Below, piece after piece: positions 26,357 to 39,527 of a DNA stretch of 64,000 bases. The notes below the pieces were generated by a model. It saw only the letters and a program-made list of their open reading frames with translations, did no database searches and was not told the origin of the DNA. Every line of letters begins with the position of its first letter. The first letter of the stretch is position 1. Where the stretch lies: assembly GCA_021613535.1 (NCBI GenBank), contig CP075492.1, positions 18,786,001 through 18,850,000 on the forward strand, read 5' to 3'. This DNA comes from Adineta vaga. Its lineage: Eukaryota; Animalia; Rotifera. The translations under genes and the position numbers were made by a program.

Positions 26357-26924
26357 TTTGATAGCTGCGTAGAAACTAGAATGGATATAAAAAATTTTAC
26401 TGAACTCGGTAATCGTGAATCAAATATTGAACTTGCTGTTTGCAAATGAGACAAAAGAATCTGGAGTTTTTTATCAGATATTTATACGGTATGCAGTTTC
26501 AATGCGTATTATAAACGATCTAGACAAATACTACTGTATGTTGATATTTACTTATAACTACAAGATAGATAATAGACACTTAAATATAATTGTTAATTAA
26601 TCAAATATCTAGCACGAAAAAATCTTATAAACAGCAGATGAAACGTAATGAAAAATATGAGATTACTTTTTTCGTTGTCGATTCGATAAAAAATGGTAAT
26701 GTTTGTTAAAAAAAACGTACAGTTCTGTTTGTTAGTTTATTGTTATGACGAATTTTTCTTTTCATCACGTGTGTGTGTTGAAGCAAGAATAGCTATTGTT
26801 ATTTTATTGTCGAGGTATGTTATTTCGTAAAAACGCTTAAAAAAGTGGATGACCGAGTACTTATCAAGCATGGTATCAAAGCTCTCACATTCTTTCGGAA
26901 ATGAATTACATATTGCAATCCAGT

Positions 26925-26973
26925 TTGAGGGTGTGGGTGTGCATATGATCACTCGATCTTAGCCATATCCTCA
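26925..26973. repeat. Palindromic junction element, copy 11
   Basis: TTGAGGGTGTGGGTGTGCATATGATCACT...CCATATCCTCA. Confidence 0.75.
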
Positions 26974-27040
26974 TGCATGTGTCAATTACATGTGCTTGAA
27001 ACTCTTTCAAATTAATTTTCAATGATTGGTCGAGTGTATT

Positions 27041-27335
27041 TTGAGGGTGTGGGTGGGTGTGTCATCTTCATTTAGACCCATAAACCCACACCCCAAGGGG
27101 GAAAAAGCGCTACTCCGATACTCCAATACTCAAGTCTACTCCACTCATACTCCACCCCTACTCCAGCCTTACTGCACTCATACTCCAGTCTACTTCACTC
27201 ATACTTCAGACTACTCCATCCCTACTCCGATCTACTCCACTCGTACTCCATCTTACTCCAATCGTACTCTAGCGTACTCCAGAATTATTTTTGGAGTATT
27301 GGAGTAGCGCTTTTCCCCCCTTGCCACACCCTCAA
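27041..27335. repeat. Palindromic junction element, copy 12, right arm interrupted by a MITE
   Basis: TTGAGGGTGTGGGTGGGTGTG...AACCCACACCC[MITE]CCACACCCTCAA. Confidence 0.85.
27094..27323. mobile_element. hAT-type MITE with internal TACTCC repeats
   Basis: TIRs CAAGGGGGAAAAAGCGCTACTCC / GGAGTAGCGCTTTTCCCCCCTTG. Exact 8-bp TSD CCACACCC at 27086-27093 and 27324-27331. Confidence 0.9.
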
Positions 27336-27451
27336 TGAACATTCCATAGGAGATAATAACGATGCAAGTAATGATGATTTCGAAGTGTTTTATTTGATGG
27401 ACATCTAGATGTTTCATTCGATGGATTCGTTTGTGAAAAGTGATCGTTCAT

Positions 27452-27710
27452 TAGAGCCCGTCGGGTCCATGAATTTTTGGACCCGATCCGGACTCGAACT
27501 TCAATTATGCTCATTTTTTCGAATACATCTATCAAAATGTCGTGATCGCTCATCTAATGCATTTTTTAATCTGTCAGTTACTGCTATCGATGACTGAGGC
27601 ATTTCATGTATGTAAGAATTTTTTACAATGACTTTTATGAGAAGAAAAAGTAAAAACTAAAAAAATGCTTATATTTAAAAATTTGCTCGGACCCGGACCG
27701 ACGGGCTCTA
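27452..27710. mobile_element. hAT-type MITE
   Basis: TIRs TAGAGCCCGTCGG / CCGACGGGCTCTA. The 8-bp flanks TCGTTCAT and TCTTTCAT are 7/8 identical. Confidence 0.8.
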
Positions 27711-28235
27711 TCTTTCATAGAGGTAGAACTGTTTACTTTCGATTAAATGGAACCCTGTTTCAGTTCTTTACTGTTTGATGAGATTAAAAGAAATTGAATT
27801 TATTTTTATCAGAATCAATAGACTGTTGTGTGCTGCTGACTATAAAAATCATGAAGAAGTGAATTATTGATGAAATAAAATCGACCATTTTGGTATTCTT
27901 CTGAAGGTGTCTCTCTATTTCAAGCGATTATTCATTTTTCAAGAGTCGTGTGTAACTCATATAAGAACTAAATACTATTTTAAAAATCGCTTATCAAAAA
28001 TTACTAGTGGATAGGCATCTTTCATTTCGGGAATGTACAAGTGTCACTCGTTATCACAAGAAGAATGAATATAAGAGAAGTAAAAAGTTGCACGTACATC
28101 ATAAAAAGAAAAGGATGTGTAGGATGAAAAAATTCATCTTCGAATACATCTATTCTTCTTTGTTCCATGTATTCTTTCATATTTTATTTCTTTATTTAAT
28201 ACATGTAAATTTTACTTTATCTCTCATTTTTCGAA

Positions 28236-28739
28236 TGATGTCGAGTTATGATATTGTCCAAAAGCAGGAGAATATTTAGTAAATGACTTTGAATTAAAAT
28301 CTTAAATGGATCATGTACAGTCTTGTGTTATTTATTTGAATATCTTAGTCCTTACAATTTTAATTCACCTTATTTGTAAATGTTTTCTTTTTAGAATGAA
28401 TTCAGATGAATTATATCGTCAAATAGCATCAATTACTGATCAAGTAATAGGTTCAAAAAAATATTATATGAAAATTTATTATCTTCTATTTAGATCGGGG
28501 AACAGAATTCAGCAATTGAAAGAATTGGTGACCAGCTGAGCACAAAAGAAAGTGAATTAACCAATTTTGACCTTACTTCGGCCGAACGCAATCGAATTGA
28601 AGGTGAAATTACTTCATTAAAACAGGAAAAAAATAATCGTATTATGGCCAAGGAACGCCTTGAACAACAAAGAAGTATGAAAAAAGATATCATCATAGGA
28701 CGGTTTGAAAGGATGAATTTTGAAACAAAACAATAATAA
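28236..28739 (+). CDS. Small coiled-coil protein (spliced, hypothetical)
   Basis: Exons read MNSDELYRQIASITDQ and IGEQNSAIERIGDQLSTKESELTNF...RLEQQRSMKKDIIIGRFERMNFETKQ*, with GT-AG boundaries. Confidence 0.45.
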
Positions 28740-30656
28740 ACCTCATTGATGAATAAGATGATAAATAATATGAGAAGAAAGAGAAGATAAGAGAATAAGT
28801 GTTAGCGTCCTAGTTGTTACTTCATGACGCTATCGTTATATACGTTTTCTTTCTCTCCTATACATGTATCTATTTCGTTGTTTCTTCTCTTTGTCTGTCC
28901 AGTGTTATTTTTCATCTTTTTGGTGTTTTATTTTGATTTCATCCAAATAAAACACCCATTTCAGGTAGGACTTTTAGGTTTGAGATTCGCTTTCTATATC
29001 TATCTGATTACTCGACTATTCGATTCTGTTCCGTTAGATTAGGTGTTCAGAGATATAGTTCATCCCCTCATTATCGAGTCTCACAATATATCAGTGACTC
29101 ATATACTATTAATGAAACCACACGAGGTCAAACTCCATGCGAACCATTTTCATCTGTAATTGTTTTTATTAAAAAAGTTTTGCTAGTTATTTTTTATTTG
29201 GGTTAAGAGTTAAGCTCTTATAATCTTGATAAGAACGGAAATGATCACTTGTGCTCTTTTCGAATATCCAATATTTGTTAAAAAAATCATCCTTCAAAAC
29301 TATCTTACGATTTTATGTTTTTTCTATAAAATACATCCAAATAACAGTTTTTCTCTCTTTCAGATCAACTAGAAGCGGTCGTAGATGAAGTTGATGGTGA
29401 AAATCTTTGCTACTCGCTAGTCAATAATCATAAACAATAATTATAAACATTAATAAAAAAAATTTCGTGCTTTTTTTGTTCTTTTTCATTTTTATGCATC
29501 ATTAAAAAATATTCGGTTGTTACATTCTTCTTATCCGTCTTTCTTTCTTTCGTATTCTATTCACTTCTTTAAATACTCGAACTATAAAACAGAACAGAAC
29601 ATACTGGAAACATGACAGAATGGAGCAAAAGAGAGAACAGAATATATCTCTTCTGCCACAACATCGATGTCAAAAAACGTTCGACTAGGATGCGAAAACT
29701 CTACAGTTTATAAAAGACTGCTTTGTTTATAATTCTATCTGTGTTTTTAATTCCATAGAACTTTCAGATACCAATTTCTGAAGTTACAAAAAAATAGATT
29801 TTTCTGTCTTTTTCGATACAAGGAAGTACTTGATTAAATTTATGATAAATTCCCTTTGAAATATTAACTATATCCCAACTTTCTTTATATTCAATTCAAT
29901 AGTAATTTTACTCTGAATTATTTAGTTTATCTGACGATATGTTAATTCAAAGTTATAACAAGTAGGACAATATGAATGGAATGGATTTCTCTGTATTTTG
30001 TCAATAACGTTATTGGTTTTCATTGATTTGGCCCGAAATTTTCTTCAAAAAGAGTCAGCTCACAATTCTATGCAAAGATGAGAATTATATAGTTTGTCCC
30101 TCATTTGGATACGTACGGACGTGAATAAATAAATAAAGATTTTCATTTTGACATCAATAGTGCAAGAGTAGATATTAAAAATATTTCTTAATGTTATGTT
30201 AATCACAATCTCCAGTCCCAAGACGATATCAATCGTGAATTCTTCAACATTAATATACAAGTGAAGATAAGGTAAGAATGATATTTATATCAACCATAAA
30301 CAAGTGTATATGCACCATTATTTCTTTCTCAGATTATTGGTATTGATTGCATTCTGATTACTTGGTTCGTATGAATCACTTCAAAATCGTATATTTTGTG
30401 CATTTTTAAATAATTCACTTAACTCACTATGCTTTGTTTCTTCTTTTGTCATACTATATACAAAAATTCATTCGAAAAAAATATTATTCATCAATGATTT
30501 GATTGGAGAATATATAAATGCATTATTTGTTTAAATGAGTTCATTGTATTCTATTGTTGAATGATATCGAAGGTCATAAATATAAACAAAGGACATTCGG
30601 TGATATATAATGTATATCTATATTAATTAAGCAAAGTGTTGTAGTCAATATTAAAC

Positions 30657-32578
30657 ATGAATCAATCTGTTATTCATCTTCTTGATCTACCCGATGAAAT
30701 CCTAATATATATTTTAAATAAACTTAACAATATTGACATTCTTTATTCATTATTTGATATTAATAATGAACGACTTGACCGAATAACACGACAGAAGATT
30801 TATTCAAATATTCTCAATTTTACATCAATTATTGATAAGACGACAATAATTGATCGATTTTGTATGGATATATTACCTCGAATTTCTTCTAATATTAAAT
30901 GTCTGATTGTTGAACCATTATCGATGGAACGTATTCTTCTTGCTACTCATTATCCGAACTTGGATGAATTGAAAATTTTTAATTTCCGATCTAATAGTTC
31001 GTTACATTATATAACAGGTAAGAAATTGTTCGTTCGAATTAAAAATTCTATTGTATTTCAATTTAGATAATCCATCGTTGCGATATATTTTCAAAGAACA
31101 GATAAGAAAACTTGAACTTATGAATATGGACATTGCTGGTAATGAAAGATCATCGAAAGAATATACAATAACAGTTTATGCACATATTTTGATTTATTTC
31201 GAAAAATTAGAGCATTTCAATGTGGGTCCACCAACAATGTTTGGATATCCATGTTTATCTATTTGTAATTCACTGTCGAATACATTTTCTTCATCAATTC
31301 TTACTTATTTATCCATTAATGTGAAAACCTTTACTGATTGTCTTTGTTTACTTGATGGTCGTCTTAAACATTTAAGTACACTTATTATTCAAATTTTTTT
31401 GATGAGAACGAATCTATCATTTGTTCACAATTTGGTATGTATCTTTTAGAGATGCTCATGTCCGTAATGAGAAGTATTTTTTTGAAGAAAAATGTGTAGT
31501 ACTTTTGATTGCTCTCTTCATCATCGTTCCCTTTCGATATTTAGGAATGTTTATATGATCTCTACATTTAATCTTCGCTTTCTTTTCCTTATCTCTTATC
31601 ACAAATGTGCATATCATAATCTTTAACATTCGTTTCTAATGTCTGTAATGAAGAGAGCATCATCCTCAAGACATTAAATCTGTTGTATCTATCATTTCAT
31701 ATATAAAAAAAATATTTTTTTTGTTACAGAATGATTTACCTAATCTCAAGTGTTTTTCATTAATATATTATGGTATAATTGAAATATATGATAATACAAT
31801 TGAATCTCTTCTTCATCGTATGTTGTATCTGGAAAAACTAACATTGTATATTCGTATTTCTTATCAAAATGTATTCATTGATCCAATTTCTCTTCTAAAT
31901 CAATTTACAATACATATGTCACGACTTAATTCATTCAAATTTTCTATTAATACTGAGAACAAGAAAGCTGATTTAGTGCATTATTTATCAAACAATTATA
32001 CTAAACACCCTTCTATGAATATAAGACATGAAGAAGTATCAAATATTGTTTGTTTTCTTGGTTCGAATGTTAGAAATAATGTCTTTACGCTTCCTTTCGA
32101 ATTTGCCAAGCTCACGTCTATAGGTAATAAATTTCCAAATATTATATTTAATAATGTTAACGAATTATGGGTAAGTGATGAAGTTCGATTTGAACATGAA
32201 TTCTTTCTACGAATAGCTCAAGCTTTTCCATTGCTGAAATATTTTCATGTTTCCGATATTACATTATTCCTAAATGACGATGGGGATAAATTATCTGATA
32301 ACATTCAGTTACATCAAATCGTTGTATATCCTCATCTTACTTTACTTAGCATTGACAAGGAAGGTACTTATTATGTCGAAGAATTTTTAAATGAAACCAA
32401 AACACATCTACCTTGTCTAGTTCAATTAAGTGTTTCAAGATATGAAGATTTAAGAATTGTCACAAAAGATTTCACAAGAGAAGAAACGCGACGGAATTGT
32501 ATCAATGTAAAACGTTTAAATACTACAAATGAAATTGTTGGTTCAAAAGACTTTCACACTTATTTTCCTTTGTTGTAA
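30657..32578 (+). CDS. F-box/LRR-type protein (3 exons)
   Basis: F-box LLDLPDEILIYILNKL; motifs DCLCLLDGRL and FEHEFFLRIAQAFP; introns at ~31018-31066 and ~31435-31729. Confidence 0.85.
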
Positions 32579-32642
32579 CTTTTTCTAAAAGAATTTAAAA
32601 AAATATATTGATCAATAAGATCAAAACTTCTTTTCAGATAAC

Positions 32643-32701
32643 TGAGGGTGTGGGTGTGGGTATATCTTCTTCACTCATATCTACACCCACACCCTCAAGA
32701 T
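32643..32701. repeat. Palindromic junction element, copy 13 (near consensus)
   Basis: TGAGGGTGTGGGTGTGGGTATATCTTCTTCACTCATATCTACACCCACACCCTCAAGAT. Confidence 0.95.
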
Positions 32702-33381
32702 ATAAATAATATCATATTGATTTTTACATCATTTTATAGATTCTTATTGAATTTTTTTTCATATTCATGGAAATTAAGATCTATGATCAATATCGAAATT
32801 GCCAATTAGAAGAATATAGGAATTTTCTTTTTTCTTAACGGGTGGAATTGTGTATTTTTTTCATGTAAATCGTCATCTACGTAAGGAACAACACAAAATT
32901 CCCGATACAGAAGTTTATATGAACAGCGATTTATTCATAGTCACGAAAATGATTTATCAATTCTCGAAGTTGCTGATGAACAAGCAAAATAGAATAGTGT
33001 CAATGAACACTAAAAGTAAAATTTATTGTATTTTGACCAAGTGATCTTCTTTTCTTTCTTCGTGTGTTTTTCGCGATGTGTCAATTAAATTTTATGAAAT
33101 TATGCGTATCTTTAAAACTTTTGTTTCTTGTTTATCTATGTGTTTTATTGTGATATTATATCGTCGTATTTGACATGTGAAACTTTAGATATATTTTTAC
33201 TTGATAAAACACTAGAGGGATTCCAAATCAGATGAAATGAATAATACGTTTGGAATGCTTCAAAACACCTTCGAACGTATCATGAAGAATTTTTATATGT
33301 GAGCTATTTTTGTTTTATTAAAATGCTACTAAATAAAAAAAGAAAAAGTTAAATTGTGGCTGAATATCTTTTCTTCTCTTA

Positions 33382-34928
33382 CTATTTTGACTTTAGTTGT
33401 ATCCAACCACGTTTGATCATTTTCTCTATACGATCTTCTGTATCATAGGAACGTAATACCATAAATTGTTTATTCTTAATATTTTTAACAAGTCTTTCTA
33501 AATCATTTAATTTCGACCATAGATTACGATTTGGACTCCAACGGATTCCTAATCCGTACAGATAATCTTTTTCTATGTATAAATTATTAACATCTATATC
33601 AATAGTACGATATTTTCGATGTTCTAAAACACGATCTGGTGTAACTAGATCCATTGTAAATGGACTATGACCTTCATCTAATAATAATAATAAACCATTT
33701 TGTGTTCGAATTAAATTTCCACATTTAATTCCATATTTTCTTAATTCATCTGAAAATCGATTAATATCAAAATTATTGTCGGTTAAATAACAATCGATAT
33801 CATTCGGTACAAATTCTTTAATTACATGAGGTATCTCTTCTACCTTCGGAAAATCGTTACTTCTGTAAGTATATGTAATCCATGGAAATAATTCGTTATT
33901 TTCAATTGGTTTCACTGAATAACCTCCAACAATCCAATCACGTACAAAACCACCAAAGATACGACAATTCAATTGACAAACAGCAATCCATGCAGCTATT
34001 TCCATACGTGTTTCACGACTTGATGGTGAATCATTCTATGTATTTAATAAATCATCATATGTACGTTTACTATCAGTAATACGAATTAAACGTTTTTCAA
34101 TATCAGGATATAATTGACGAAGAGATATACAACATAATCATTAGTTTAATTTCTATCGAAATTTCTAAAAAAATAAAAATGAAACTTTTTTTCCAGAAGA
34201 TCATCTTCATCCAGTTCTTCTCTAAAACAATACTGAATATGTTCAATAAGTATTTCGAAAGTTGTTGAATCGCTTGTAAGAAGAAAATGTTGGTCACTAA
34301 AGCGAACGAAACAGGAAACAATATAGACGATTATGATATCTATAGAATATTTTTGAAAATATCAAATCGATATACTTTCACATGCATCTTTTATAAATTT
34401 CATTTCTTTCCAATAATTCCTTTTGAGTTTTTAATTGTTGGTTTCTTCTATAAAATGAAAACTTTATATTTTTTCGTCAAATCATCGACGATCATTATTT
34501 GATAACTTACGTGCGATATAATTTTACCAATTCATTAATTTCCTTTGTATGTTCATCGTACATTTTCTTCATTTTATCTAATATTGTTTGATAAATATTA
34601 TTTAATTATTTTTGACTTTCTTCCAGTGATTTAAGTGAATTTTCATTATACATAAAACGTTTTTCTATATAAAGAATAAGAATTTACAAAAAAAAAACAA
34701 TCGATTTAATGAATAGTTTAAAAGTTACTGCATCTATTATTGATTTCTGATAAATTTATTCCTATTGATTCCCATTTTTCTTCTGCTTCCATGAAATGTT
34801 GTGTTAGCATATGTTTTACATTTCGCATCGTCACATATTTGACAAACTTCTAATTCACATTTTACTCGACATTTTGCTATAAATGCCTTTGAAACTGTGC
34901 TCTCTAAGGACGACGACGACGACGACAT
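33382..34928 (-). pseudogene. Nucleotidyltransferase (poly(A) polymerase/CCA-head-like) gene with in-frame TAG at 34036-34038
   Basis: Class II NTase-like motifs IFGGFVRDW, NDIDC, MDLV and DIDVNNL. The frame continues upstream past the stop (RQLYPDIEKRLIRITDSKRTYDDLLNT*). The 5' exon structure is uncertain. Confidence 0.65.
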
Positions 34929-35429
34929 GTGTAAATATTTTTATCTGATAGAAAGTGAATAGAATAAAAAACATTATATCAATATGAAAGTTGAGTTTCG
35001 ACATTCTTAAGAAAAGCAGAGAGACAAAAGAAAATATAATTGATTCTACGCACAAATTATTTATCTTCAAAACGATATTTAGATGTATGACAACTGTTTT
35101 AGCATTCTTTTTTCGTATATATCTTGAATAAAGCAAAGAATTGTTGGCGTCAATCTACTTTTATTTCATTTATAGTTGTTTTTATGAAGAACAGTAAAAA
35201 GCAAATGTATTGAGTTTTCAAATGAAATTTTTTGCGAACTCTTTAATCTATAGATTACTTCCATTTCAGTTATTCTTCAAAAAGTTTTTATTGAGAAGCT
35301 TGAAGAAGTCTACCAAATAATTGATCGTTTAACATAAGATAATAAGTGGTTTTCGTTGGACCCGTTCGACATTTCTTAGCATATTCGATAGCTGCTATTG
35401 CGAGACAACGACGATGACAACAGATCTTC

Positions 35430-35484
35430 TCTTGAGGGTGTGAGTGGAGAGAAGAGTATCACTTTAAGCCACACCCGCCCTCAA
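35430..35484. repeat. Palindromic junction element, copy 14
   Basis: TCTTGAGGGTGTGAGTGGAGAGAAGAGTATCACTTTAAGCCACACCCGCCCTCAA. Confidence 0.9.
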
Positions 35485-35696
35485 AGCTCCAACCACTCAT
35501 ATTTTGGATTCGATGATAGTTCAAGAAGTTCTGTCATTTGAGACGAAGAAAATTTTGTAAGGGGTGCATGTGTCCCATGTAAAAAACGTTTCGTTGCCGA
35601 TGACAGTAAATGAAAACAAATGTGATTGTCTTCATCGAGAGACGTCTCTATCCTCAGTTTTGTATTTTTCACCCGAAGAAACGCCTTTCAAACTTT

Positions 35697-36722
35697 TTAT
35701 CTACAAAAAAATTTGGCAGCTACTGACTGCCTATACTGTTCAATGTACAACTTTGAAAATGAAATATACATGAAAAACGTTATTAAAGATGGCACGTATC
35801 TCAGAAGCAGCATGGCGATTGCTGTTCTCAATTTTGTGACATAAACGTCACAGTGGCCAATACGGGCAATTATTGCGAAGTATAGTACGTTAGGCAACAC
35901 ACATAGAATGATTACAAGCGGTGGTATAAAGAAATCTCTGTGATTGCTTATTTGCATGTGCCAGATTCTCTGTCTATGTGATCCTGGAAGATCATTCATG
36001 TGCATTTGTCGTCGTACAATATGTAGTAGAAAAATGATGGTGCAGAGAATATGAAGCAGACAGGTTATCACAGTATGTATATGGCTGAAGATTGTCGGGA
36101 TTACAAGAGTATTAGTGATTGTACAAAGCCATTCCTTGTCAAAGACTAAGGCCCGGTTAACCTATTCAACACTATCTGTTGCACAAACGAACACAATTAG
36201 GAGGAGTGATAGAAGAACTGAATAACGTCTTGTTCGAAAGAGATTGTAACCGAAGCATTGCACAAGAATATGTTCAATAGCTAAGAAACTACTCAGCCAT
36301 AGACATATGTTCAGCAGTGGAATGCAAATAACGGGTAGTACTTTGCATGCTATGAGACGATATGTCGCAGATAATTTTGTTAACCGATCCGTGTAGATCA
36401 TAGTGATAATACGTACTTCTAGGAGAGTGAGCACCAAAAGACTTGTTATAGTATAGAGTATTAAATAGACGCCAATCGGCGTGAGGCGAATCTTTTTTCG
36501 TACGAACGTTTGCAGACTTAACAGATTATTTATCACACCACTGAGGATCACAAGTGTGACAATGATAATGTAAAATGTTCGAACATGAGAGCCATTTTCT
36601 CGACTGTCAGTTAACATTGCTGATGTGAGTGATTGTAAAGGACAAGGGACGACAGTGTTAGTTGTTGTCGAGCTCATCGAGATAAATATCTTGAAAGGAG
36701 CGAAAGTTAAGAGTAAAATCAA
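35697..36722 (-). pseudogene. 7TM GPCR with one in-frame TAG (36162-36164)
   Basis: ORFs 36162-36722 and 35697-36071 share a frame that is open between them (VNRALVFDKEWLCTITNTLV...). Related to the 7TM part of the gene at 18019. Confidence 0.8.
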
Positions 36723-38718
36723 TGCAAGATTTTTTCTTGGATAATGTATGCGTTAGTATATCACTTCCACATTAAAGAACGAGAAGAAATAAGCCCAATC
36801 AACGTATTTTTTAACGGCTTCCGTGACGTGTTACTAGGCCGTGTGATATTGGCTCACTGTGATAAACACGGAAACCCTAAAACTGAAGAAACAATCGTTT
36901 TCACATTTGTGAATTCAGTCGAATATTTTTCAGTACGGCTCGTACCATAAATATCGAAAGTGCACACGAAGACTTATAGCAACATTTCTAAAAGTATCAG
37001 TGGCTTTCGATATTCTAACGCAGAGTTTTTTTGAGACTACCTTAGATACGCGAGAGGCGTGTTTCGGAGTGGTTATCTTGAGGACCAGAAGATTTACCAC
37101 TTTTACCGCGAATAGAAGCAAAAAACGGCCAAGATACCTAATTATATCTAGGGTGTGGGTCTTATTAAATTCTACATCGGATCTGATAGTTTTACACGGT
37201 TGTACCATATAACTAGTCCAACCAACTTAAAGTTAAATTTTGAGAAAACAAGTTCTTCCTATCGGAATCTGTGAAAACTCTACAACTTGGAATTCTCTCG
37301 GATCCGGTAGAATCCATTATCGAATTTTCTGATCTAGGAAAGTGAATGAATTTTATTTCGTCAAAGGCAAATACTGTCATGAACAATTTTATGAAACTGA
37401 CAGAAACATGTTCAAGTTCATCACTCTATTGTTGTCTACAGCTTGTACACGATTGACTTTCGCTAAATTTGTCTGAACTGGTTTTAGTTCAAATGAGAGA
37501 AAACATTGAGAAATATGTAAATCCAGAAGATTACAATTTTCTAACAAATCTGAGAGAAAGGTGAAAGATCATACTGCTCTATTTTCGAGTAGATCATAAA
37601 AGTTGAAGAATTACAAGAGATTTCAGAAACTAAATTTAGATAGGGGGAGGATGCCACGGTTCGACAATGTTAGCCATAAGTTATTATGCAAATGTAGTTC
37701 ATGAACCATAAAACCTCTCATTTTGTGCAGGCATCATCGATTACTAAAAGCTTTTGAAAACACCATTGACATAATCTATTTGGTAAAGGACTCTTTTTTG
37801 CATTGCTTGGCGCTTTTCGTGGCTCACAACGTTGAACATACTAAAAGAAGAGCTCAAAATACGAATGAAATCTCAAGAAAATACAGATTTTTTCAACTTA
37901 TGATCTTTCGCCTTCGTCCCAAGTGCGTCAGAAAGTCATAACCTTTGACAAGAGGAGAATGGCGTACTCTGAAAATTCCGAATTTCTGGGAGTATAATGG
38001 GTGTACTGCGGTAGAAAAAGAATCTCGGAATTTCTTCAAATTTCTTAAGTTCTTTCGAGTTCTTGGATTTTTGGTGTATTTTCAAGATTACAGGGATTAC
38101 TATAGGATTTCATGAAATTGAAAATCCAAGAATATGTCGTTTCCTCCTTCGTTTCTTGATTAAAACGGACAGATACTAGCGAAGATAAAAGCACAGTACT
38201 GAAAATTACCTTTTTTTGTTTATGTTGCCGACCCTTCTGATTGTTTGAATGTTTTTAGCTTCACGAAATTTGACCATACGAGGCTAAAATTTGTTTCATA
38301 ACCAGTCTTGTACGAGGAATCGAGTGTTGAAAGAAGTGTATGCTAGATTTTCTGACGAAATGGACTTTCTGATCTTTTCATAAAGTCTATCTTACGTATT
38401 GTAGATGCATTTCGCTTATATGCATAGGTTTATAAACTGTATTTCGACGCAAGTATTACCATATATCATTTTGTGCATTCACTGCCCTTAAAAAAGATTA
38501 ATATTTATTACTGCATACCAGCTGCTTGAATTCACATGGAGTTATAAACAGATAAATAGCTAACGAATAAAAGTCAGATTTTTATCTAAAATAAAACATG
38601 TGCACTTTGTATTATACATTTTCTTTATTATATAATAGTGTTTTTTTATAAAAGCCGTACATATTAGGTGTATTTACTTTGCCTAAACAACAAGTATCGT
38701 TATATTTGTTTATGGCGC

Positions 38719-38773
38719 ATCTTGAGGGTGTGAGTGAAGAGAAGACTATCATTCATACCCACACTCTCAAGAT
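38719..38773. repeat. Palindromic junction element, copy 15 (both ends complete)
   Basis: ATCTTGAGGGTGTGAGTGAAGAGAAGACTATCATTCATACCCACACTCTCAAGAT. Confidence 0.95.
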
Positions 38774-39527
38774 TGCTTTATTATTCTTATAAAACTCACA
38801 ATTCTCATCTGTTTAATTCATTTTGAACATATCGGTTTGATTAGAAATCTTATTCAATAACATATCGTTACAAATCCATCGTTTGACTTCGATCTTCTTA
38901 CATCATTGAATAGAATCGTTAAAAATCATTATGATCATTTACAATTATTCGGACGAATTTCAGAAAGAATACGCTTTATTGACCAAGAATCCATGACAGA
39001 ATACAATCAGGAATGTACTGAGCCACCTGTAGCAAGGAAGGGCGTATACGTTTGAAAAGAAAAACTTTCGATATAAACAGAGCAGACGTAGGTCTTTCTT
39101 CTTTTTTTCCATACTAAAAAAGGGAGTTTTTACAAACTGAGAAGGGCGTAACATCTATAGATGCTATCCAAGATGATTTGAATTATATAAGGAAAATGAA
39201 TCAAAACTAAAACTCGATGGTATGTTTCATTTTCTCTCATGTAATTATTGTTTATTTTGAAATATTTTGATTCGAACATTACAATATCATTGTCCAGGAT
39301 TTTTAATAGAAAAAAAGAACAAAATGTCCTTATGTTTCATTCGTCATCTTTATTTTCGTTGCAGAAATTATGAGTTTTAAGGTTTCTTTGATTGAATTTT
39401 TATGTTATCAGAAAAAGAATAAACTATTTGTCTAAATACAAATTTTATCGACAGAATCTCTTTGTTCGATACGTACAAATTTATATTGAAAACAGAATAG
39501 ATTTTATTCATTATTAATTGTGTTTCA

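Noticed and set aside
31450-31672. CATCCTCAAGA half-site and short inverted repeats in the F-box intron
   Set aside because: There is no G-rich arm and the gene continues normally across it, so it was not counted as a junction.
822-36722. Alternative genetic code or selenocysteine as the explanation for in-frame stops
   Set aside because: All three stop codons occur as lesions and are also used as normal terminators. No SECIS element or redox motif was recognised.
37075-37160. ATCTTGAGG and AGGGTGTGGGT partial matches (a similar one at 59808)
   Set aside because: No matching opposite arm; could be chance or heavily decayed copies.
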